A stretch of DNA of 15,429 bases from Octopus sinensis (GCF_006345805.1 NW_021825494.1:1-15429); one strand, 5' to 3'. Positions 1 to 8,920 are shown, counted from the first letter of the stretch. A program made the numbers and translations. The notes: generated by a model not told the origin, from the sequence alone.

Positions 1-127
1 AAACAGGATATCCACATGCTAGTAAAAGCAGCAAATCGCACACAAACTGTTTTTGGAACATACGTATATACTCTGTATCGAACGCCTATGGGATATTCCT
101 ACACAATTGTACCCTTCAATTTTGCTT
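1..127 (+). repeat. Dispersed ~127-bp direct repeat, copy 1 (partner at 1847-1977)
   Basis: AAACAGGATATCCACATGCTAGTAAAAGCAGC...CTGTATCGAACGCCTATGGG... aligns by eye with 1847-1977 at roughly 80% identity. It runs off the window start. Confidence 0.85.
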
Positions 128-138
128 CACACACATGC

Positions 139-247
<109 letters not shown>

Positions 248-259
248 AATTTTGTTCTT

Positions 260-656
260 TACCGCATTTGGAGAGGCAAACCGGCCGTAGGAGATATTTT
301 TTGAAAGCCTTTTATTTATTTAATCTCTCTCATTTTAACGAAACGCTAAGAGACGGGGTCGTAAAAACACAAGCATCGGTAATCAAGCGATGTTGCGGGG
401 ACACACACAGACACACAAACATAAATACACACATACACACACACAAACACACACAAACCAACACACACACACAAACATACACACGTATATATATATATAA
501 ATATACGATGGGTTTTTTCAGTTTTCGTCTACCAAATCCACTCACAAGGCCTTGGTCGTCCTGAGGCTATAGTAGAAGTCACATGCCCAAGGTAGCACGC
601 AGTGGGACTGAACCAGGAACCATGTCGTTCGTTAGCAAGCTAATTAACACACACCC

Positions 657-657
<1 letters not shown>
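260..657 (-). mobile_element. tRNA-derived SINE, family A, with internal (CA)/(TA) microsatellite
   Basis: Reverse complement of the copy at 7845-8510. GGGACTGAACC (604-614) is the reverse complement of B-box-like GGTTCAGTCCC (7900-7910). CACTCACAAGG (539-549) is the reverse complement of 7964-7974. It resembles abundant Octopus SINEs as I remember them. Confidence 0.85.

Positions 658-730
<73 letters not shown>
658..730. repeat. (TA)n microsatellite
   Basis: Direct reading. Confidence 0.97.
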
Positions 731-733
<3 letters not shown>

Positions 734-784
734 ATAATCATTTACAAAACAATTCTAAATTGCTTATAATCATGTTCATCATTT

Positions 785-900
785 CCTTGATTGTCATCAT
801 TAACAAAGTAAATAACATCATCCTTGTCATCATCATCTAACATCCCTGTTATTTTCTGGCATGGGCTGGACAGGAACCAAAGACTGCACTGTGCACAGAT
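785..900. repeat. Dispersed repeat with CAT-rich end, copy 1 (partner from 1577); probable SINE/retroposon 3' end on the minus strand
   Basis: CCTTGATTGTCATCAT(T/C)AACA(A/G)AGTAAATAACATCATC...CTAACATCC...GGACAGGA(A/T)CCAA(A/G)GACTGCACT is shared with 1577-1695. Confidence 0.8.
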
Positions 901-975
901 CCGTTCCATGAATCGATCTCACTATCTCGAGAGTGTGAGCCTGACGATCTCACCACTGAGCCATGCACTTCCACA
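895..975 (-). mobile_element. tRNA-like SINE head fragment (Pol III A/B boxes)
   Basis: The minus strand reads GTGGAAGTGCA-TGGCTCAGTGG (A box, 963-953)-TGAGATCGTCAGGCTCACACTCTCGAGATAGT-GAGATCGATTC (degenerate B box, 920-910). I could not fold a complete cloverleaf, so it is called a SINE head rather than a tRNA gene. Confidence 0.7.
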
Positions 976-1317
976 GAACGGAAGGAGAAAGAAAGAGAAA
1001 ATGAAAAGAAGGAACTACAAGAGATAGATGATAGTAACGAAGTGACTCCGTTGCCCCATGGGGTAAAATGCAAAGCATTCGATACAGAGGCTGTAATTAT
1101 GTGCCCCAAAAAGTTCGCTCGAGGTATGGCTGTTATTTCTAGCATGTATATAGCCTGGTTGAAAACCGTAGAATCGGGAGGTGAGGTTTATTTTTTTTCT
1201 TTTGAATAAATGTCATTTTACAAACAATGACTTTTTTCAGAATCACTATCTCCAATCTTTTCTACGTATTTCACAAAAAAGTGGGAAGGGTGAGTTAAAT
1301 CTGCGCCATATACGCCT

Positions 1318-1345
1318 ATACATACACACATACATACATACATAC

Positions 1346-1394
<49 letters not shown>

Positions 1395-1404
1395 TATATA
1401 TATT

Positions 1405-1436
<32 letters not shown>

Positions 1437-1440
1437 ATAT

Positions 1441-1477
<37 letters not shown>

Positions 1478-1483
1478 ATATAT

Positions 1484-1538
<55 letters not shown>

Positions 1539-1562
1539 ATATATACATATACACACACACAC
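1318..1562. repeat. Compound (CATA)n/(TA)n/(CA)n microsatellite
   Basis: Direct reading. Confidence 0.97.
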
Positions 1563-1576
1563 TTATACATTTATAG

Positions 1577-1790
1577 CCTTGATTGTCATCATCAACAGAG
1601 TAAATAACATCATCATCATTGTCGCCATCACCTAACATCCATGTTCCTTTCTGGCTTGGACTGGACAGGATCCAAGGACTGCACTCCGCTCAAATGTCTG
1701 CTTTGGTCTCCTATTTCTGGTTAGATGCCTTTCCTAACATCAACCAACTCACAGCATGGGCTCGGTGCTTTTATCATACTACCCGACTAT
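1577..1790. repeat. Dispersed repeat with CAT-rich end, copy 2 (longer)
   Basis: Aligns to 785-900, then continues (GATGCCTTTCCTAACATCAACCA...GGTGCTTTTA), resembling a common octopus retroposon from memory. Confidence 0.7.
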
Positions 1791-1846
1791 TGAAGTTGCC
1801 ATCTCAATCTGCTTCAACCTCCACCCCTCCCGATTCTACGGGCTTC

Positions 1847-1977
1847 AAACAGGATATCTACATGCTACAAAAAGCAGCCAAATCTCACACAAACTATTTT
1901 TGGCTCATACGTACACAATCTGTATCGAATGCCTATGGGTTATTTCTACACAAATATGACCCTCGATTTTGCCTCCT
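1847..1977 (+). repeat. Dispersed ~127-bp direct repeat, copy 2 (partner at 1-127)
   Basis: See 1-127. Confidence 0.85.
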
Positions 1978-2180
1978 TTTAACTGGAAGAAAGGTTCATA
2001 TTTTTAGTAAAACTTTTGACATATTGTGAACATGCTGATTATATTGGAATGCTTTTAGAAAAAGTTTTTCCTAGAGGTGGGGAGAATTTCAAAAAATTCC
2101 AATATCGGCATTTTTTGGACTAAGAAAGCTTTGATGAAATAATGAAAGAAATATGCAATCAATCTACTAAGTCCTCTGAA

Positions 2181-4584
2181 TGTCCTGAAAGAAGGACTGC
2201 GCTTTGTTGCGAAGGAGCTTCAACGCTATGATCTTGACATTGTTGCTTTATCTGAGACAAAAACTTTCTTTCTACCATGCTTTGAAGGGCATTATAAGAA
2301 ATATCCCTCGGGCAGACAAAGTCATCGTACTGGGTGACTTTAATGCTAGAGTGGGTAGGGATCTTAACACATGGACTGTAATTGGAAAGCATGGGGTGGG
2401 GAAGTGTAATAGTAATGACATGCTTTTGCTGCACATGTGTGAAGAGCTGAGTCTCTGTGTTACCAATACCATGTTTCAACCAAAGAATGGCATATTCTGG
2501 ATTACATCCTAGTTAGGGTGCGTGACAGACAGGATGTGCAGTGTGATCGTGTTCTTCGTGGAGCTGAGTGTTGGACTGACCACCGCCTAGTACGACGTGC
2601 AACAGTGAAATTAGTCACAAAACATAAAATCCGAGCTGCAGGGATGATCCTGCCTAAAAGACTGAATGTTGGTATAATAGTGTGAAGAGAACTTTACGAG
2701 AGGAAATGAATGCTGCAGATATTGGGGAAGATTGGCCGAACCTCAAAAAGTCAGTTTATGATATAGGCAAGAAATTTCTGGGATTGATACAAAGAAAGCA
2801 TCAAGATTGTTTCAAAGAAAATGATGAACATATAGATGATTTATTGGATGATGAAAGGCGTACATTGTCACGCTATTTGTCAGCAAAGTCACAGGAAAGG
2901 GAAGTGTTGCATAGGGAACTCAAGGACGTAAAATCACGTGTGAGGCAAAGGCTCTCTCAGATGAGGGATACGTGGTGGAGTAAGAAGGCTGACGAGATAC
3001 AGGCGGCATCAGATTCCAATAACACAAAGTTGCTGTATGGTCTCTTGCGAGAAGTTTATGGACCGACGTCTTCCCTGATGACACCAATTCGAAGCAGGGA
3101 TGGTAAAGAAGTTCTTCATGATTCACAAGGAATTCTGCGAAGGTGGCAAGAACACTTTGATGAACTTTTGAATCAACAGTCTGTAGTTAGTGAGGATGTT
3201 CTCAATCTCATCCCTGGATTGCCTGTGAAGGCAGCACTCGCAGAACCACGAAAGTTGGAAGACGTTGCAATGGCTGTCTCAAGGTTGAATAATGGGAAGT
3301 CTCCGGGTATGGATGGCATACATGCGGAGTTGTTACAGTATGGTGGTGAGAAACTTCTGCAGAAACTTCACTCTTTGTTTGGTAAGATATGGACAAGTGA
3401 ATCTGTACGATGACTGGAGAGATACAGTAATGGTTGAAGGGAAAGGGCAGCAAGAATGATTGTGGTAATTATAGGAGAGTATCATTGCTGTCTGTTGTAG
3501 GAAAGGTTTTATGCATGGTACTTCTGGATCGTCTGCTGAAATCCGTTGCAGACTGTGTTCTTCAAGAAAGTCAATCTGGCTTTCGTGTGGGATGTGGCAC
3601 TGCTGATATAATTTTTTCAGCTAGACAGCTTCAGGAGAAGTGTGGAACAGGGTCTGGATTTGTATCAGGTTTTTGTAGATCTGACAAAAGCCTTTGATAC
3701 CGTCAATAGAAAAGCATTGTGGAACGTCCTCCAGAAACGTGGGTGTCCTGAAAAGTTCCTTGCTTTGGTTAGGTCTTTTCATGAAGACATGAATGGTAGG
3801 GTGAATGTTAGAGGGAAAATGTCGGAGCCCATTGCAATACAAAATGGAAATAGGGGGATATCCTGGTACCGACCCTATTTGCCATATATCTTGCGATGGT
3901 GTTCTGTATTGCATTCAGAAACTGCAGATACGGTGTTTACATCCATTATCGAACCTCTGGCAGCATATTTAATATCAGGCACTTTGCTGCGAAAACAAAT
4001 GCATTTACCTCTATCATGAGAGATCTTTTGTATGCAGATGATTGTGATCTAGTAGCACACACAGAGATTGGTATGCAACACATTTTTAATGCATTCTCTG
4101 ATGCTTGCACTGCCTTAGGATTGACAGTGAATCTCAATAAAACTGTTGTCATGCATCAATCTGCCCCTGGTAAGCAGTATAGTGTACCAAATATCTATGT
4201 GTATCTTAAACGACTTGATGTAGTTGATCAGTTTGTCTACCTGGGAAGCACTATTAATAGATATAGCAATTTGGATGATGAAATTCCACATAGAATTAGG
4301 AAAGCAAGTGTTGCTTTCGGAAGGGTAGAAAAGCGCCTCTGGAGTCGGCGAGAAAGATGAGTGACAACCTGGCCACTGGTGGTGGTGTAACACACCATAC
4401 AAATAATATCTGCCGGGCATGCAAAAGAGAGTGTAATTCGGCAGGAGGACTTAAAAAACATGCACAGGTACATGAAGCCCAGTTACAACTACAGCCGGCT
4501 ATTACCGGTAAAGGTTTTAGTTGCCAATTCTGTACAAGACTGGACTTAAATGTCACATTCGATCACACCGCCAGTAACAGTTAA
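2181..4584 (+). mobile_element. Degenerate RTE-clade non-LTR retrotransposon (AP endonuclease + reverse transcriptase + C-terminal C2H2 zinc finger), pseudogenised
   Basis: APE motifs across frames: PERRTAL/VAKELQRYDLDIVALSET (2184-2260), VIVLGDFNARVG, WHILDYILV, GAECWTDHRL (~2560-2590). RT motifs: NYRRVSLLSVVGKVL, QSGFR, FVDLTKAFDTVNR, LLYADD (4031-4042), FVYLGS. CxxC-x12-H-x3-H lies at 4411-4473. Several frameshifts, stops and internal deletions are present. Confidence 0.93.
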
Positions 4585-4827
4585 GCTTCAAATATGTTAC
4601 AAAAGGAAAATATAAAATACACGTGAAAATTTAAGGGGAGAATAAAAAAAAATCAACGAAAATGCACATTGTAAATAAAAAAGAAAAAGCTTTTTATGAA
4701 AGGTAACGACAGATATATACTTTTAGATGGGATGAGGTAGAAATAGGAGTCATTATTACGAGATGATTAAAAAGTCAGAAAGCAAAGCATACCATGGTTT
4801 CGTCATAAGCTATTCGTTCCCCCGCCC

Positions 4828-4843
4828 TATATATATATACATA

Positions 4844-4915
<72 letters not shown>
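4828..4915. repeat. (TA)n microsatellite fused to the left end of the 545-bp array
   Basis: Direct reading; it runs straight into ...TATATACAATAAAAATGG. Confidence 0.97.
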
Positions 4916-4921
<6 letters not shown>

Positions 4922-5219
4922 AAAAATGGTAAATAATTTTCCTGTGGTTTTTCATGTAACCAACAATTATTTACCGGTAAATTTCGGTATGTAAATACGA
5001 CAAAATAATTGTCAAGACCTTTGTAAGGTTCAGTATATAGTAAAGAAAAATAAGTTGGCTAGCAGCAAGCTGTTTCGCCTCATACCGAAGGAATTAGAAA
5101 TGGCAGTCAAAGACCGTTTTTTCCATTTCTATAAGTGGAGATTCCAAAAACGAAGGCCCTTGCGGCTCACATACACAAAACCGGAGTGGCAAATATACGA
5201 ATTCAGTCACTTACCGTTA

Positions 5220-5281
5220 ATAACGAACACGGTGTTTCTGGATCACAAACAGGGGAGTTTGAATTCCGTCATCAGCGCTAT
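5220..5281 (-). ncRNA. Type I hammerhead-ribozyme-like motif, unit 1
   Basis: Minus strand: AUAGCG-CUGAUGA-C-GGAAUUCAAAC-UCCCCU-GUUUGUGAUCC-A-GAAA-CAC-C-GUG-U-U-CGUUAU. Stem I is 6 bp with one G.U, stem II is long and bulged, stem III is ACAC/GUGU. The predicted cut is after GUU, between 5226 and 5225. The C.A apposition next to the core is atypical. Confidence 0.68.
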
Positions 5282-5764
5282 ATTCGTTAGCTTTATCAAA
5301 TGCCACCAGCCCTCACTTCTGACCCAGCGACATCAGATAGTGGGGGGAAGTGCGCAGATGTTAAAACCAAGTAACGACTGGGAACGTAAATTTTCCCTCC
5401 AAAATTCTGCCATGCGCGCCTTCTGGGTAATCGTAATGGAATGAGGAATCCACATGGTAATACAATAAAAATGGTAAATAATTTTCCTGTGGTTTTTCAT
5501 GTAACCAACAATTATTTACCGGTAAATTTCGGTATGTAAATACGACAAAATAATTGTCAAGACCTTTGTAAGGTTCAGTATATAGTAAAGAAAAATAAGT
5601 TGGCTAGCAGCAAGCTGTTTCGCCTCATACCGAAGGAATTAGAAATGGCAGTCAAAGACCGTTTTTTCCATTTCTATAAGTGGAGATTCCAAAAACGAAG
5701 GCCCTTGCGGCTCACATACACAATACCGGAGTTGCAAATATACGAATTCAGTCACTTACCGTTA

Positions 5765-5826
5765 ATAGCGAACACGGTGTTTCTGGATCACAAACAGGGG
5801 AGTTTGAATTCCGTCATCGGCGCTAT
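5765..5826 (-). ncRNA. Type I hammerhead-like motif, unit 2 (core variant CCGAUGA)
   Basis: Same fold as the other units. A>G at 5819 changes core U4 to C, which may impair it. Confidence 0.55.
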
Positions 5827-6309
5827 ATTCGTTAGCTTTATCAAATGCCACCAGCCCTCACTTCTGACCCAGTGACATCAGATAGTGGGGGGAAGTGCGC
5901 AGATGTTAAAACCAAGTAACGACTGGGAACGTAAATGTTCCCTCCAAAATTCTGCCATGCGCGCCTTCTGGGTAATCGTAATGGAATGAGGAATCCACAT
6001 GGTAATACAATAAAAATGGTAAATAATTTTCCTGTGGTTTTTCATGTAACCAACAATTATTTACCGGTAAATTTCGGTATGTAAATACGACAAAATAATT
6101 GTCAAGACCTTTGTAAGGTTCAGTGTATAGTAAAGGAAAATAAGTTGGCTAGCAGCAAGCTGTTTCGCCCCATACCGAAGGAATTAGAAATGGCAGTCAA
6201 AGACCGTTTTTTCCATTTCTATAAGTGGAGATTCCAAAAACGAAGGCCCTTGCGGCTCACATACACAAAACCGGAGTGGCAAATATACGAATTCAGTCAC
6301 TTACCGTTA

Positions 6310-6371
6310 ATAGCGAACACGGTGTTTCTGGATCACAAACAGGGGAGTTTGAATTCCGTCATCAGCGCTAT
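6310..6371 (-). ncRNA. Type I hammerhead-like motif, unit 3
   Basis: Stem I AUAGCG/CGCUAU is perfect; CUGAUGA and GAAA are intact. Confidence 0.7.
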
Positions 6372-6853
6372 ATTCGTTAGCTTTATCAAATGCCACCAGC
6401 CCTCACTTCTGACCCAGCGACATCAGATAGTGGGGGGAAGTGCGCAGATGTTAAAACCAAGTAAGGACTGGGAACGTAAATTTTCCCTCCAAAATTCTGC
6501 CATGCGCGCCTTCTGGGTAATCGTAATGGAATGAGGAATCCACATGGTAATACAATAAAAATGGTAAATAATTTTCCTGTGGTTTTTCATGTAACCAACA
6601 ATATTTACCGGTAAATTTCGGTATGTAAATACAACAAAATAATTGTCAAGACCTTTGTAAGGTTCAGTATATAGTAAAGAAAAATAAGTTGGCTAGCAGC
6701 AAGCTGTTTTGCCTCATACCGAAGGAATTAGAAATGGCAGTCAAAGACCGTTTTTTCCATTTCTATAAGTGGAGATTCCAAAAACGAAGGCCCTTGCGGC
6801 TCACATACACAAAACCGGAGTGGCAAATATACGAATTCAGTCACTTACCGTTA

Positions 6854-6915
6854 ATAGCGAACACGGTGTTTCTGGATCACAAACAGGGGAGTTTGAATTC
6901 CGTCATCAGCGCTAT
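6854..6915 (-). ncRNA. Type I hammerhead-like motif, unit 4
   Basis: Identical to the unit 3 motif. Confidence 0.7.
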
Positions 6916-7398
6916 ATTCGTTAGCTTTATCAAATGCCACCAGCCCTCACTTCTGACCCAGCGACATCAGATAGTGGGGGGAAGTGCGCAGATGTTAAAA
7001 CCAAGTAACGACTGGGAACGTAAATTTTCCCTCCAAAATTCTGCCATGCGCGCCTTCTGGGTAATCGTAATGGAATGAGGAATCCACATGGTAATACAAT
7101 AAAAATGGTAAATAATTTTCCTGTGGTTTTTCATGTAACCAACAATTATTTACCGGTAAATTTCGGTATGTAAATACAACAAAATAATTGTCAAGACCTT
7201 TGTAAGGTTCAGTATATAGTAAAGAAAAATAAGTTGGCTAGCAGCAAGCTGTTTCGCCTCATACCGAAGGAATTAGAAATGGCAGTCAAAGACCGTTTTT
7301 TCCATTTCTATAAGTGGAGATTCCAAAAACGAAGGCCCTTGCGGCTCACATACACAAAACCGGAGTGGCAAATATACGAATTCAGTCACTTACCGTTA

Positions 7399-7460
7399 AT
7401 AGCGAACACGGTGTTTCTGGATCACAAACAGGGGAGTTTGAATTCCGTCATCAGCGCTAT
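7399..7460 (-). ncRNA. Type I hammerhead-like motif, unit 5
   Basis: Identical to the unit 3 motif. Confidence 0.7.
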
Positions 7461-7620
7461 ATTCGTTAGCTTTATCAAATGCCACCAGCCCTCACTTCTG
7501 ACCCAGCGACATCAGATAGTGGGGGGAAGTGCGCAGATGTTAAAACCAAGTAACGACTGGGAACGTAAATTTTCCCTCCAAAATTCTGCCATGCGCGCCT
7601 TCTGGGTAATCGTAATGGAA

Positions 7621-7672
7621 TTTTATTGTATTACCATGTGGATTCCTCATTCCATTACGATTACCCAGGAGG
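7621..7672 (+). repeat. 52-bp inverted copy of the array unit junction
   Basis: 7621-7668 is the exact reverse complement of 5424-5471 (CTGGGTAATC...GGTAATACAATAAAA). The match extends to 7672 with one mismatch at 7669. Confidence 0.95.
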
Positions 7673-7790
7673 ATAGACCCGGGACGATAGAAGAAAACAC
7701 TTGTCTAAGCTGCCACGCGGTGGGACTGCACCAGGAACCGTGTGGTTGGTAAGCAGGTAACCCCCCCACTGAGATATATTTACCACACAC
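7673..7790 (-). mobile_element. Family A SINE, 5' (tRNA-head) fragment, truncated at the array junction
   Basis: ATAGAAGAAAACACTTG...GGGACTGCACC (7722-7732) AGGAACC...GGTAAGCA aligns with 568-640 of the first family A copy. Confidence 0.8.
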
Positions 7791-7844
7791 ACACATATAT
7801 TTATATATATATATATATATAAATATATATAATATATATATTGA

Positions 7845-8510
<666 letters not shown>

Positions 8511-8920
8511 AGAAAAGTTTATATTCTCTTAACTACATAATTAAGGGAGATAACTAAAAATCAACTTTTAGAGTTACTTCCCTTCACATATCAATAAAAG
8601 ACATGACAGTTTAAGATGTAGTTGCGTTTGTTTTTCGCATGCGAAGGGCACGCTTGCATTCCTGCAAGAAGAGACAAACATACACATGCAAATTTTCTGC
8701 TGTTAACTTAAACAAATAAACATTATAATTTACATTTAATTACACCTGAAAACTATGTAAAGTACTCACCCTATCCAGTACTACCCTTTGGACATTATCG
8801 GGTTTTCTTTTGTTTTAGATAGTATATATGCGTATGTGGGTATATACACGTCTATATGTATGAATGCGTGCATTTATGTATATAAATATATATATATGTA
8901 TATATGTATGAAACAAATCG

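Larger units (their letters stand above)
4916..7620 (-). repeat. Tandem array of five ~545-bp units (4916-5460, 5461-6005, 6006-6550, 6551-7094, 7095-7620 partial); hammerhead-bearing, retrozyme/Penelope-pLTR-like
   Basis: TACAATAAAAATGG recurs at 4916, 5461, 6006, 6551 and 7095 (periods 545, 545, 545, 544). Each copy differs from the consensus at 1-5 positions. The strand is assigned from the hammerhead polarity. The tandem repeat is certain; the element class is inferred. Confidence 0.95.

Noticed and set aside
895-975. Functional tRNA gene
   Set aside because: The B box is degenerate and I found no complete cloverleaf; it is better explained as a SINE head.
2181-4584. Neighbouring RTE (or the CR1/Tx1 copies) as the enzyme that mobilised the array
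   Set aside because: All three are disrupted, none shares a 3' end with the array unit, and proximity is expected in such repeat-dense DNA.
4919-4924. AATAAA plus downstream GT-rich tract at each unit start (plus strand)
   Set aside because: The hexamer is common in AT-rich DNA, it is antisense to the ribozyme, and there is no transcript evidence.
5055-5090. Second hammerhead-like string on the minus strand (CGGUAUGAGGCGAAACAGCUUGCUGC)
   Set aside because: It lacks CUGA, has no room for stem II, and has C instead of U at position 16.1. At best it is a decayed remnant.
5255-5267. Plus-strand B-box-like GAGTTTGAATTCC in each unit
   Set aside because: There is no convincing A box upstream, and the sequence is already explained as hammerhead stem II.
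5055-5444. 129-aa plus-strand ORF repeated in the array units (also 5600, 6145, 6689, 7234)
   Set aside because: It starts at TTG, has no recognisable domain, and is broken by a stop in unit 2. Its recurrence simply reflects near-identical units. I also saw no RT or GIY-YIG remnant in the minus-strand frames.
4916-7620. Array as CRISPR, 5S rDNA or snRNA tandem cluster
   Set aside because: There is no repeat-spacer structure, the context is eukaryotic, and I recognise no 5S, U-snRNA or tRNA sequence in the unit.
8740-8775. Minus-strand splice signals (GG|GTGAGT at ~8770 and TTTTCAG at ~8745) as a host exon
   Set aside because: Donor and acceptor are only ~25 nt apart, there is no upstream acceptor for an exon, and no ORF supports it.
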